A program made the position numbers and the translations under genes. A model generated the notes under the pieces. It saw only the letters and a program-made list of their open reading frames with translations. It had not been told where the DNA came from and made no database searches. A stretch of 63,248 nucleotides of DNA, the filler included, from an uncultured Methanosarcinales archaeon (GTDB lineage Archaea; Nanobdellota; Nanobdellia; Woesearchaeales; CAYZNE01): NCBI GenBank assembly GCA_964405295.1. It is 22 parts of 22 records of this genome, joined end to end, with 100 filler letters (N's around TTAATTAATTAA, not from the genome) between each part and the next. Parts side by side here need not be neighbours in the genome. Positions count along the whole stretch, not along the records: positions 9,425 to 12,414 come from CAYONI010000079.1; positions 12,515 to 15,461 come from CAYONI010000080.1; positions 15,562 to 18,482 come from CAYONI010000081.1; positions 18,583 to 21,496 come from CAYONI010000082.1; 18 more parts are not named here. The stretch is one strand, 5' to 3'. Positions 10,492-20,960 of the stretch are shown piece after piece; positions within the stretch are counted from its first letter, which is position 1; each line of letters starts with the position of its first letter.

Positions 10492-11721
10492 ATGCCTATA
10501 GTACCAATTATTTACCCATCAACATGGGGAGCAGAGTCGGCAAAGATAAACAGTAACTTTGAATTCCTTAACGCGGCACTATACACTGAAACATTATTTG
10601 TCTCGAAAAATGGTGACGGGACTGACGGTAGTACTCTTGAGAAAGCTTACACTACATTGCAGGATGCTTTAGATGCTGCAAGTGTGGATCCTGATGACTT
10701 GACCTTGATCTTATTAGCACCTTGTGAGGGTGGAGTAGTTGGAACACCAGGGGTGGTAAACACTAAGGTTTATGATATTAATACAACCGGTACTCCTACT
10801 TGGACCGGAAATTATGAGATAAAGGGAACGCATAGGATATGGGCATTAATTGAAAATAACCACGCTTCGGCTGCAGCTATAATGAAGTTTACGGGGAAAG
10901 TTAGTATCTCTGACGTAGGAATAAGAACAACGGCAGCAATTAATGGAGTTATAATTACCGGCTCACATTACCGTATTAGACGTTGTGGTTTCAACTCTCA
11001 ATTCACAACAGGTTCAGCAAATAACCTTATTCATATAGATGGAACAGGTGGAGAGGTTGTAGAGGGGATCATAGATGACGTAGAAATACTTGGCAATATA
11101 GCATTAACAAGTGGCATAGTTATGACAAAAGCAAGTATATGTAATTATATAAATGTTCATTTCCATTTCTGTTTAGAAGCTATTCATATAGATGATGCAT
11201 TGAGTATCAATAACTACTTTGATGATTTAGATATTGGTGGCTGTGCTACTGGTATACATATTGTCGCAGGGGTATCGCAACATTTTAATAAAATAAATTT
11301 CCACGAAAATACTTTGAATGTAAATGATGAAGCAGGTGAACATCATTGGAATGGTATAACTGGCGAATTTTCAATATGTGTAGAACCTCAATCTATTACC
11401 GGTTTAAGGATAACTGGTGGAAGCCCAGGTTACGGGTTAGACACAGAATTAATAGCTGCTGGTGCAATTAGTAATCCCTTTAAGATTATAGCTTATCAGG
11501 TATCACCAGAAGCTGACGAGAATACTTTGTTAAGATTATCAGCAGATTCAGGATTAACCTATTTTACAGAAAGCATTTTTGCAACTAAGAAAGGTAAGGC
11601 TGCTGGTGGTGGAGATGCTACTGACTTCATATTTAACAAAGGTGCACGAATAAGTGGTAGTGTATTACCAAAAACAAATGGCAAATATATTGATGTATGG
11701 TTAGAAGTACAAGAAATTTAG
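10492..11721 (+). CDS. Pectin-lyase-like beta-helix protein (probable tailspike/virion protein)
   Basis: LFVSKNGDGTDGSTLEKAYTTLQDALDAA is a typical beta-helix N-cap and is followed by I/N/G-rich beta-helix-like repeats. Confidence 0.55.
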   Translation: MPIVPIIYPSTWGAESAKINSNFEFLNAALYTETLFVSKNGDGTDGSTLEKAYTTLQDALDAASVDPDDLTLILLAPCEGGVVGTPGVVNTKVYDINTTGTPTWTGNYEIKGTHRIWALIENNHASAAAIMKFTGKVSISDVGIRTTAAINGVIITGSHYRIRRCGFNSQFTTGSANNLIHIDGTGGEVVEGIIDDVEILGNIALTSGIVMTKASICNYINVHFHFCLEAIHIDDALSINNYFDDLDIGGCATGIHIVAGVSQHFNKINFHENTLNVNDEAGEHHWNGITGEFSICVEPQSITGLRITGGSPGYGLDTELIAAGAISNPFKIIAYQVSPEADENTLLRLSADSGLTYFTESIFATKKGKAAGGGDATDFIFNKGARISGSVLPKTNGKYIDVWLEVQEI

Positions 11722-11730
11722 GAGATAGTT

Positions 11731-12330
11731 ATGAGAATAATGATTAGACAAGACATTTCACAAGAGGAAGCGACGGGGATATTTATCTATCTACTGCGTA
11801 AGAACTTTATGCTCAACGGCCGTGTAGCGATTAGCAGGACAGCTAACGAGATAGGCAAATATCTATTAGCTCCAGAGAACAGAGATCATATCAAGGACAT
11901 TAGATTTGATAGTGAAAGATATTACATTAAGTTAGCATCAGATCATGCAGCTCTAAGCATGGTACATCATACAACCGATGGTGGTGTAGATGTTACCAAC
12001 GAAGAGTTCTATCCTATTACATATAGTCTCAAGGAAGATGAGTTGTATATCAAGGTACATGATTCTACATGGGAGGATTTACTTGCAGTAGTTGTCTTCA
12101 CTGATATTGAATGTAATGTGTTTGCTAATGATAAAGCTACTGTAGAGATTAATGAATTCACTAAGATTGATTATACATATAGTGCATCCCTTACCAAGGA
12201 TGATCTCTATGCTGTATTACTCAGAGCTGAGAAACAATTAGGTATTGAGTCAGGGTTGAATTCCAATGATCTTAAAGGAGACATTGCGGCATGGTTGGTT
12301 GAAGTACTTAATATAGAGGTACCCGCTTAA
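11731..12330 (+). CDS. Hypothetical protein
   Basis: 199-aa ORF with an AGGAG RBS, co-oriented with the upstream genes. Confidence 0.65.
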   Translation: MRIMIRQDISQEEATGIFIYLLRKNFMLNGRVAISRTANEIGKYLLAPENRDHIKDIRFDSERYYIKLASDHAALSMVHHTTDGGVDVTNEEFYPITYSLKEDELYIKVHDSTWEDLLAVVVFTDIECNVFANDKATVEINEFTKIDYTYSASLTKDDLYAVLLRAEKQLGIESGLNSNDLKGDIAAWLVEVLNIEVPA

Positions 12331-12514
12331 TAGTTTCTGTTAGAAGAATAATTAAGGCTTTATTGGGTAGCAGATATCGCAGTATTATTACTTAATATAA
12401 AAGGGGATAAATATNNNNNNNNNNNNNNNNNNNNNNNNNNNNNNNNNNNNNNNNNNNNTTAATTAATTAANNNNNNNNNNNNNNNNNNNNNNNNNNNNNN
12501 NNNNNNNNNNNNNN

Positions 12515-14513
12515 CTGCATCTGATGTTGTTAATGAAATTGCTGTAGCTGCTGCTTGTGAAGAAGCTATATTAATCTCTAAAGCTGCATCTGCATCAATT
12601 CCGCCTGCTGCACTTAATAGAGTAATAGCATTCGCTGCTGCTTCTTCTCCATTTACAACTACACGTCCGGCTGTTGAAATTAATGAAAGATCAATTCCTG
12701 CACCTGTAACGGTAAAGTTAGAAGCTGCTGCTGCATCTAAGCTAATCGCTCCTGTAGAGTCTAATAGTGTTCCTAGAGTTCCAGAATCACAATCAATCCC
12801 TCCGCCAGCATTACTTGCCTGAATGCTAACTGCTGCTGCATCGGCTTCTGAACCATTTATTAGAACTGATCCACCAACTGAAGCTAATGTCAAGTCGGCT
12901 GCTGCACCTGTAACGGTAAAGTTAGATGAGGCTACTGAATCAACAGAAATTGCATCTCCAGAATCTAAAGTTGCTCCACCGGTTCCAGCTACTAAAGCTA
13001 ATGAACCAGCTCCCGTTGCGTCACCAACAGTGATTACGTCAGCCGATGCTGCCGCACCAATATTTATCGTCTTAGCACCAGTTCCGCCACCAGCAATTTC
13101 TACTGTTCTAGCACCTGTGCCAGAAGCGAATTTACAAGTTCCAGTATTAACACCAGTTGAACTAATTTCATAAGTTGAAGTTACCGCTCCTTCAAGAGTG
13201 AAGTTTCCTGTTCCAACTAAAAGATCCATGCTTGAAGCACCACTTACAGAACCGAATGTAAGCACATTTGCTACTGCGCCGGTTGCTATATTTACTGCTT
13301 TTCCAGCAGTTGCACCTGTTGCAATATCAATTGTTGTCGCTCCTTCCCCAGAACCTATTTGAACAATATTTATGCCTGAGGAGTCACCTAGAGTCATTGT
13401 TCCAGTTTGAGCTGTTCCACCAATTGTAACCGTTCCAGTTGTAGTTGCTGAACCTATTGTATAAGTTGATGATGCAACACCGTCTAGAGCAAAATGGCCT
13501 GTTCCCACTTCCATAACAATAGCTGTTGCGCCTGTATTGTTTCCTAGGGTTAATGTGTGAGCAATCGCGTTTGTACCGATGTCTAAAGAACCAGTTCCAC
13601 AATCTACTACTACTGAAGCAGCTCCATTTGAGGACCCTAAAGTAATTGTTCTTTCACCGTCAGTACCTAAATTAATTGCTTGGTCAACATCATCATTACC
13701 AATATTAATTGCTGCTGCACTAGAATTTAAATCAATTGTTCCGGCTGCATCTACGACAAATTTGTCACCTGCATTAGCTGTAATGTCACCAGCTCCTGTT
13801 GAAGCTAAAGTGATACCTGCTGTTCCTGAATTAACAACAACTTGAGTAGCACCAGTAATATTTCCGAACGTTAATACCCGTGCTCCGGCACCTGTACCAC
13901 AATTAATCACTCCTGTTGAAGCATCTGCTCCCAAAGAAAGAGCTACTGCTCCCGTTACAATAGTTGCTGAGGCTCCAAGTGTTGCTAAGCCTGTTGCTGA
14001 TAATGTTGTGAAATCCGCTGCTGCTGGTGTTCCAGAGCCGATCGCTGCTGGTGCTGCAAAAGCATCTGCTAATTTTGAAGGTGTAATTGCTACTGTGTCT
14101 AATGTCAAAGCAACCGTTTCTGCTGTCGTTGCAATCTGTCCAATACCCTTAACTGTCTCACTCCAATCCGGAGCGCCTGCAATGGCTACTGCGGCAAGTC
14201 CTGCCGGTGTATTTGCTATTGCTTCAGAGATCCCAGCTTGTGTTTCTGCAATTGTAGCTAGTCTAACAGTACCTTCGACAGTAGTGCTTCCAGATGGTGA
14301 TGATGAGTCAACCCAAATAGCGTCTCCAGATGAATCAAGACCACCATATATATAATGATCTGCTGTGTCTGCTGTAGGTTTATAAACCCATGGAAATCCG
14401 ATAGAGAAATTCTTGTCAGATGCCGTTGGGGCTCTTGGATATTCTTTTGCTATCGGTGGAACACTAATAAATGGTAATTCCGTACAATAGGCTTGGTAAA
14501 TTTTTTTGGTCAT
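12515..14513 (-). CDS. Phage tail-fibre-like, G/A/T-rich repeat protein (3' truncated)
   Basis: Likely start ATG 14513 (MTKKIYQAY). Two tail-fibre-type repeats (STTVEGTVRLATIAE...TPAGL and SETVKGIGQIATTAE...TPSKL) are followed by long G/T/A beta repeats. An identical 25-nt segment occurs at 12698-12722 and 12902-12926. Confidence 0.65.
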
Positions 14514-14634
14514 TTTTTTCTCGCGTGTTTGAATGCCCATTTGTGGTTCGGGCCGTTGACCATATAATAACATTTTGAATGATTTTTTTATATTGGATAT
14601 TGTTGTAAATTCCCCAATAAGGTACATTAGTACT

Positions 14635-14811
14635 ATGATAAAGAAACAACTAAAGATTACGGTACATCCCAACATACATAAGAGGCTTAAAACGCTTGCA
14701 GCTAAGCAATGTAAGTCTCTAAATTATATCATGGATGTCGCTATTGCTAATTTTTTAGCAAAGTATGAAGGCCTAGATTACGAAGAAATTTTCAAAAAAA
14801 AAGATGAATAA
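14635..14811 (+). CDS. Ribbon-helix-helix (Arc/CopG-like) DNA-binding protein
   Basis: MIKKQLKITVHPNIHKRLKTLAAKQCKSLNYIMDVAI fits the RHH beta-helix-helix pattern. The gene is divergent from the fibre gene. Confidence 0.7.
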   Translation: MIKKQLKITVHPNIHKRLKTLAAKQCKSLNYIMDVAIANFLAKYEGLDYEEIFKKKDE

Positions 14812-14827
14812 ACCAAAAGGATACAAA

Positions 14828-15271
14828 ATGAAAAAATTAATTTTAGCATTAATAATAACTTCTAGCATGATTTGTGCTTTTGAAAAAAAAGAGGGATCTT
14901 ATAATTACAACGCAGTTGGAGCAGATGTTATTGCACCAGCGTTTTCAATTGGAAGTCGACATTGGAACAAAGAAGATGGATTTGACATAAACTTAAGCAT
15001 AGCTAGTCTGATCTTTGTAAATAGACTAACCCTTAATGTCTCTGTTCTTGAGAAATTTAATAACAATACTTATATGGGAATTGGAGCAGGAGTGTTTGCT
15101 TCGTCAATTCTTTTTAACGACATCTCTGTTATAAATTGTGGAATTTTCCCATCATTAAAATTTGGAAAAGAATACAAAGACCATTTCCATGAGGTAACTA
15201 TATCTGTTCCACAATTTTCAGTGCTTGGAACAGTGTTTGCACCAATAGTTTCATACCGTTACGGTTTCTAG
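14828..15271 (+). CDS. Secreted, probable small outer-membrane beta-barrel protein
   Basis: Signal peptide MKKLILALIITSSMICA, amphipathic beta strands and a C-terminal VSYRYGF beta-signal-like end. Confidence 0.55.
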   Translation: MKKLILALIITSSMICAFEKKEGSYNYNAVGADVIAPAFSIGSRHWNKEDGFDINLSIASLIFVNRLTLNVSVLEKFNNNTYMGIGAGVFASSILFNDISVINCGIFPSLKFGKEYKDHFHEVTISVPQFSVLGTVFAPIVSYRYGF

Positions 15272-15279
15272 GAGGGGGT

Positions 15280-15461
15280 ATGATTGATTATAAGACAATA
15301 TTAGTAATAATAGAAATTGTTGTTTTTTTAGTGCTTGTAGTTCTCACAATAAAAATGATAATTACGATGAAAAAAGCATACAAGGCTGATCAAAAACTAA
15401 TCGAAGTTATGAAAGAAGAGACGAAAACGCGTAAAACTTTTAATGGATTCATGACCAACGA
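15280..15461 (+). CDS. Small membrane protein (3' truncated)
   Basis: AGGAGG RBS and an N-terminal hydrophobic helix. Confidence 0.55.
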
Positions 15462-16111
15462 NNNNNNNNNNNNNNNNNNNNNNNNNNNNNNNNNNNNNNN
15501 NNNNNTTAATTAATTAANNNNNNNNNNNNNNNNNNNNNNNNNNNNNNNNNNNNNNNNNNNNCTTGATAAAAGGAAAGGCGAGATAAACGGAACACCCTGT
15601 AAATACACAACGTTTAGATTCAAAAGTTACAAAAAAAACGATAAATTTTCTAAAGATTTACAGCTAGCCTGCTCAATATATATTTGCGAAAAGATATTAA
15701 ACCTTCCCTTAATGCAGTTTGAATACTTCCAAAAATTAGCACAAAAACAGGCTTAATGATGCCGTATATAATAGTAAAAAAATAGCTTTGGATTTTATAA
15801 GGTATTATATTATAGTGTTTTTTTAAGGCTGAAAAGCTCGTTATTTAGATAATATCTAAAAAGTAATAGGTAACCATAAAGTCCACCAGACCTAGATTAC
15901 CTATACAGCGTCAATTACAAAGACAAGGCGATTATACCAAATACTAATAAAGTATAACAACCCAAAAACAACCAAAAAGTGAAAAACTTATTGGAGGGTT
16001 TTTTACTAAAAGCGTAAAACTAAATATTTTACACTAAAAACATAAGTATAATACCATATCCTTGTAGTTTCTCGCAACAGTTAAAAAATTGGTAACGTTG
16101 GAGTGGAAATT

Positions 16112-17584
16112 ATGTCAAAAGTTGAGCAAATTAAAGATCATCAAAAAGTATATTATAGAAAATCATTCCTAGAAAAATATGATTTATCTTTTTCGATTGT
16201 GTTACAGCACCTATATTATCATATTACATCGAATGAAAAGAAGAAGGTAAGGAAGGCTTGCAAAGACAATAACTATTGGTATTATGCGACATACCGACAA
16301 ATAGCATACTCAACGGGTCTTACGGCTTCACAGGTCAAAAGAGATATTAAAAAGATATTTAGAGAGGGGCTATTAATTGAAGGCAACCACAACTTTATTA
16401 AAAGCCACGAAAGAAAATGGTTTACATTGGGAAATATTAAAGAGCTAAATTTAAATGAAGAAGTCCCGCTTTTTTTAAAATTAGATAGGTTTATCAACAA
16501 CAAACCGCAGCCTGCCCTATTACATAAAACATTAAGTTTTATAATGGAATCTTTCGGTTCAAAGAACGAAGTATCATTAACTTTTACAGACATTTCAAGC
16601 TTCTTAAAAAATGCTTTATCACCTAGACAGGTTGTATATTGGGCTAATAAATTGGTTGAAAAAGGCGTGTTGATTATAAATAAAATTGGCAAAAAGTTAT
16701 CTACATTCTTGTTCACAAACGATGTTTATAGCCAAAATGATAGCGACAAAAGTGTTCACGATAGCGACAAAAGTGTTCACGATAGCGACAAAAGTGTTCA
16801 CGATAGCGACAAAAGTGACAGGGGTATAACAAGGAAGAACAAAGAAGCTTTTAAAGAAGTATCTCAGGAACATTGTAACACGCGCAAGCGCGAGCGTTGT
16901 TTTTCTATAAAAGAGATAGGGGAATTAAAAATGCTAGAAGCTAGCTTAAAAGAAAGCTACATAGGCTATCTCTTAAAGAAGTTTAGTTTTGAGAAGCTAA
17001 CGGAATTAATCATTTATTGTCAGGAAGTCAAACCTAATTGCGTAGGTGCATATCTAAGAATGCTCTTAAGAAAAAATCCTAGTGGGTTATTGCCACAAAA
17101 GGAAAATATTAAGCTGGCTAAGGAGTATTTCGGAAAATATGATATTCTGATAACAAAAAATTACGTAAAGATAACTAGCGATATAGAGTTTTCTTTTTGT
17201 GATAGAGTGGAACTTTTTAGGGAAAGATTTTTATATTACATAGAGAGAGCGAAGAAGAAAGAAGGTGTTTGCGGGAATCATAATAAGAGGCTGGTTAAGA
17301 AGCTTAAGGATGTTAATCCATATACAGTTAAGAGCATGAACAGCTATCAAGTTGTCGTTAATTCTTTTAATAGCCAACTAACATTAGATTTGTATAGCGA
17401 AACGGCAGAAGGGGATTTAGAGGAGTTAATAGAAAGAGAAAAAGCGATAAAAAATGAATCGGAGGAGAAGGTTTCGGAGTTTAAGAGCGTTCAGGATTTG
17501 TTTGACAATAGCCTTCTAGAGGAGCTTTTACAAGATGAAGATAACCTTTATGAAGAATTAAAATATAAAACAGTTGGAGAGTAA
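16112..17584 (+). CDS. Phage/plasmid replication initiator-like protein (winged-HTH, internal iterons)
   Basis: N-terminal WYYATYRQIAYSTGLTASQVKRDIKKIFREGLLIEGNHN...ERKWFTL resembles the wHTH of phage replication initiators. A second wHTH-like segment follows, then a 21-bp tandem repeat. Confidence 0.65.
   Translation: MSKVEQIKDHQKVYYRKSFLEKYDLSFSIVLQHLYYHITSNEKKKVRKACKDNNYWYYATYRQIAYSTGLTASQVKRDIKKIFREGLLIEGNHNFIKSHERKWFTLGNIKELNLNEEVPLFLKLDRFINNKPQPALLHKTLSFIMESFGSKNEVSLTFTDISSFLKNALSPRQVVYWANKLVEKGVLIINKIGKKLSTFLFTNDVYSQNDSDKSVHDSDKSVHDSDKSVHDSDKSDRGITRKNKEAFKEVSQEHCNTRKRERCFSIKEIGELKMLEASLKESYIGYLLKKFSFEKLTELIIYCQEVKPNCVGAYLRMLLRKNPSGLLPQKENIKLAKEYFGKYDILITKNYVKITSDIEFSFCDRVELFRERFLYYIERAKKKEGVCGNHNKRLVKKLKDVNPYTVKSMNSYQVVVNSFNSQLTLDLYSETAEGDLEELIEREKAIKNESEEKVSEFKSVQDLFDNSLLEELLQDEDNLYEELKYKTVGE
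16739..16817 (+). repeat. 3.8 perfect copies of the 21-bp unit GATAGCGACAAAAGTGTTCAC (putative iterons)
   Basis: Copies start at 16739, 16760 and 16781, with a partial 16-nt copy at 16802. They encode DSDKSVH repeats. Confidence 0.9.
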
Positions 17585-17587
17585 AAA

Positions 17588-17926
17588 ATGGAATATAAAT
17601 TAGTAGAAATAGAAGAATATAAAATTATAATAAAAGATGAAGAGCCAGATAGTTATAGCACTTTTTTAGATTATGATATAATTGGCTATGGTAAGACGAA
17701 TGAAGAAGCTTATAAAATGGCTTTTGAAAATATTTTAAAGCCATATTGTAAAAGTATGGAAAAAATAAGAGAGGTGGGGAAGCTTCTTTCTTCCGAAGAA
17801 TTTTATTTATCTGATGACCTTCTTTATGAATGGAAAGAGATAGAAGAATTAAGGAGAGAAGACTGGAAAGCGAATTCAGTTTCCTCAGACATTAAAAAAG
17901 AAGAGTTTGGATTCCTTATGAGATAG
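17588..17926 (+). CDS. HicB-like domain protein
   Basis: IIGYGKTNEEAYKMA matches the HicB-type G-x-T-x-EEA motif. Confidence 0.5.
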   Translation: MEYKLVEIEEYKIIIKDEEPDSYSTFLDYDIIGYGKTNEEAYKMAFENILKPYCKSMEKIREVGKLLSSEEFYLSDDLLYEWKEIEELRREDWKANSVSSDIKKEEFGFLMR

Positions 17927-18033
17927 CCAAGGATTAGCACAATAACGGCTTGGCTTGGCTAATACACCTAGCCGTGTATGATTAAGTATAAATGTAAAAC
18001 AAAACCCGCCAAGGGGCGTTAAAAGGAGAAATA

Positions 18034-18336
18034 GTGGAAGAGCAATATAGCAGTTGTATAGTTACAAATAAAATAGCATTGATCAAGCCAGCATATATTA
18101 TAGGAGTACAGGACGTGGCAAAAAGTTTTGTAAGCATATACATGGATGTGTTAACAAAGTTAAAATTAATATCTAAAGAGCATCGGTATTGCTCATCAAA
18201 GATTTCTGAATTAATAATTACATACGATAAAACACTTCTTGATGACTGTGAAATATTTATTCACGGTGAATTTCAAATTACATCACGAAGAGATATAATA
18301 AAGCAAGTTATCGCAAAAGTGGACAATAGTCTTTAA
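18034..18336 (+). CDS. Hypothetical protein
   Basis: GTG start with an AAGGAG RBS, 100 aa. Confidence 0.55.
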   Translation: MEEQYSSCIVTNKIALIKPAYIIGVQDVAKSFVSIYMDVLTKLKLISKEHRYCSSKISELIITYDKTLLDDCEIFIHGEFQITSRRDIIKQVIAKVDNSL

Positions 18337-18582
18337 ATGATAAAATAATGGGCTTTAAGGGGCTTTAAAAGGAGATTGAGGAATGTTACAAGATTTGATA
18401 GTATTAATTTTGGGAAAAGATGTTGCGATCGCATTTGGTATAATATTGTGTATACACGTTGTCTTAAATTTTTTTGTAAAATNNNNNNNNNNNNNNNNNN
18501 NNNNNNNNNNNNNNNNNNNNNNNNNNTTAATTAATTAANNNNNNNNNNNNNNNNNNNNNNNNNNNNNNNNNNNNNNNNNNNN

Positions 18583-19237
18583 CATTATATGTCAAATATT
18601 TATTATAATATTTTCTAGCTCCATTTGCACCTCTATTATATACTAACAATGATTTCTCTATATTATAACTATCATATGATTTACTAAAGTGATATACTCC
18701 TGCTTCTACATTATCATAAAAATTTAAATAATCTAATTCTCTTCCAAAATGTTCATTTAAATCATTTATATTGCAACTATTAAGTTGACATAATCCAAAA
18801 TCAATTGTACCATTCTTATTTAAAGTGTTTATTGCCTTAGAATTGAAATTACTCTCTAAAGATATCAATCCAAGCATTAATTCATAAGGAATTCCATATT
18901 TAGTACACTGTTTATAGATAAATTGTTGTTCTTTCTGTTCTAGTGGTATATCTTCAATGTAGTAAGTATTTAGTATCTCTAGGTGCAATTCGTCCAACCT
19001 TTTATTTAAAGCTATCACACGAGCTTGTTGGACGGTATCTAAATATTCATTCTCATCATTTAGTCTATTTATTTCACTTTTATACAATACATTAGATTTT
19101 TGAGTATTATATAGTTTAATTGACTGTGATTCTATTAATTGATTGTGTTTGTGATTATTATACAGTAAACCTACGTTAATTATTAATAATCCTATCATTG
19201 CATGTAATATAATTTTATTTTTCATTTTTATCATCAT
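18583..19237 (-). CDS. Lytic transglycosylase (SLT domain) with N-terminal membrane anchor and coiled coil (3' truncated)
   Basis: SLT motifs LISLESNFN, DFGLCQLN and LVYNRG. Confidence 0.85.
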
Positions 19238-19346
19238 ATCCTATCGCTATAATTTTCATTTTTAACACTCTCCTTATAATTGTTTTGCTCTATGTATATG
19301 ATTATACCACTATCAACTATTAGTGTCAAGTAATATAATCATTATT

Positions 19347-19865
19347 TTATTTAATGTCTTTTTTAGTTGTACTTCCCATTCCACCACTTCGAATATCTTT
19401 AACAATAGTATCATCGTCATCTGTAATTAAATATTTAACAAATATACCTTGAGCAATACAATCACCTTTAGCAATATTAATAGTTTTATTAGATGTATTG
19501 TGTAGTGGTAATCCTATATTTCCATCATTCTTTTTATTTGAATAATAATCACTATCAATAACTCCTGTTCCATTCATTAATATTAATCCTTTTTTAACAC
19601 CCAATGAACTCCTAATATATACTTTTAATACTTCATCTTTAAGCATATATGCTTTCACATCAGTCATAACAACGATTTTACCTTGTGGTGGAATACTTAT
19701 AGCTACAGGAACAGAAAAGTCATATCCTGCTGAATATATAGTTTTTCTAACAGGTAATTCAATATTTAATAAAGGATATTTTCTTAATGATTCTTTAATA
19801 ATTTCAAATCCACGTTTTCTTTTAATTACCTTTTTATTTTTTTTAATAACTGTTTTATTTTCCAT
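19347..19865 (-). CDS. dut: dUTPase (trimeric type)
   Basis: Motifs SAGYDF, IRSSLG, GVIDSDYY, IAQGIF and RSGGMGST. Confidence 0.95.
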   Translation of the reverse strand: MENKTVIKKNKKVIKRKRGFEIIKESLRKYPLLNIELPVRKTIYSAGYDFSVPVAISIPPQGKIVVMTDVKAYMLKDEVLKVYIRSSLGVKKGLILMNGTGVIDSDYYSNKKNDGNIGLPLHNTSNKTINIAKGDCIAQGIFVKYLITDDDDTIVKDIRSGGMGSTTKKDIK

Positions 19866-19879
19866 AATTTTACAACTCC

Positions 19880-20134
19880 TTATTTAATAGGTTCAATTAC
19901 AACTCTTTTAGTTATAATATCTGATTTTAATATTGTTGTTCTATTTATGCTTCCAAAAGTATATTCTGAAAATTGTTCAATCAATAAATATTTATTATAT
20001 ATATTTAATATTTTAATCTTAACTGCATATGCTTTCTCGTTTAAATCTACATTTTCTGCATAATGTGCAATATAATATTCATTAACTTTAAGTTTATTAA
20101 TTTCATTAATTTTTTTAGTATTTATATTATTCAT
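19880..20134 (-). CDS. Hypothetical phage protein
   Basis: Part of a tightly packed co-oriented gene string. Confidence 0.6.
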   Translation of the reverse strand: MNNINTKKINEINKLKVNEYYIAHYAENVDLNEKAYAVKIKILNIYNKYLLIEQFSEYTFGSINRTTILKSDIITKRVVIEPIK

Positions 20135-20741
20135 TTTTGATTACTCCTTTCTGCAATTCGATTTCTTTTAATACATCTATTGCTAAATTTGTTATATTAT
20201 TACTATTAGAATTAGTAGTATCTATAGTCATATCAATTAAGCTATCTAAATATAGTGATTTAAAACTAATATAATCTGCTTTAAGTAATGATGATTCCAT
20301 TATCATATCATTATATTTAGATAATGATAGATTAATATTTATCCATTTTAATTTTAATCTATTAACCATCCTTTCCATTTGAGTGTGACATGAACATGAT
20401 AATTTTACTATAAATATATCTCCTGCGTTTTCTAAGTCTAATATTTGTTTTAATCCTTTCATTTCAACTACAATCACATGATTTCTATCATTTAAAAAAT
20501 CTTTTTTAGTAATTCCATATAAAGCACCATAATTATCAACATGTTCTACAAACTCATTATTATTGTTCATTTCAGTAAATTTTTTTCTATCAATAAAATG
20601 ATAATCAACTCCATCAATTTCATTTGGTCTGCGTTCTCTAGTTGTCCATGATGGAATTGGTTCGAATGAAGTTATATTAGCTATTTCGTCTTGTAAAGTA
20701 GTCTTACCTGTGTATTTTTCACCTATAATTATTATATTCAT
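20127..20741 (-). CDS. gmk: Guanylate kinase-like protein
   Basis: P-loop GEKYTGKTT and the GK signature TTRERRPNEIDGVDYHF...YGALYG. Confidence 0.85.
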   Translation of the reverse strand: MNIIIIGEKYTGKTTLQDEIANITSFEPIPSWTTRERRPNEIDGVDYHFIDRKKFTEMNNNNEFVEHVDNYGALYGITKKDFLNDRNHVIVVEMKGLKQILDLENAGDIFIVKLSCSCHTQMERMVNRLKLKWININLSLSKYNDMIMESSLLKADYISFKSLYLDSLIDMTIDTTNSNSNNITNLAIDVLKEIELQKGVIKNE

Positions 20742-20960
20742 TTAATCTTCCTCCTCAGTATATTCAATATATTCCTTTTTACCATTTACTAATTTATAAT
20801 ATCTTCGATTAGTTTTTAGGAATGTTTCTGTTTCTTTTACTTGTTTAAATGTCATATCCGCAAACATTTTATATGGTTTTAAAAAATCTGCAAATAAAGA
20901 TATAAATTCAACTCCATCTGCGTTTAATCTTTTCATTTCTCTTAATATAAAATCTCTCAT
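20742..20960 (-). CDS. Hypothetical phage protein
   Basis: Abuts both neighbouring genes. Confidence 0.6.
   Translation of the reverse strand: MRDFILREMKRLNADGVEFISLFADFLKPYKMFADMTFKQVKETETFLKTNRRYYKLVNGKKEYIEYTEEED

Noticed and set aside
16739..16817. 21-bp repeats as a possible CRISPR array
   Set aside because: The repeats are head-to-tail with no spacers, lie in frame within a gene, and have no cas genes nearby.
17588..17926. HicAB toxin-antitoxin pair
   Set aside because: Only a HicB-like motif is visible, and neither neighbour resembles HicA.
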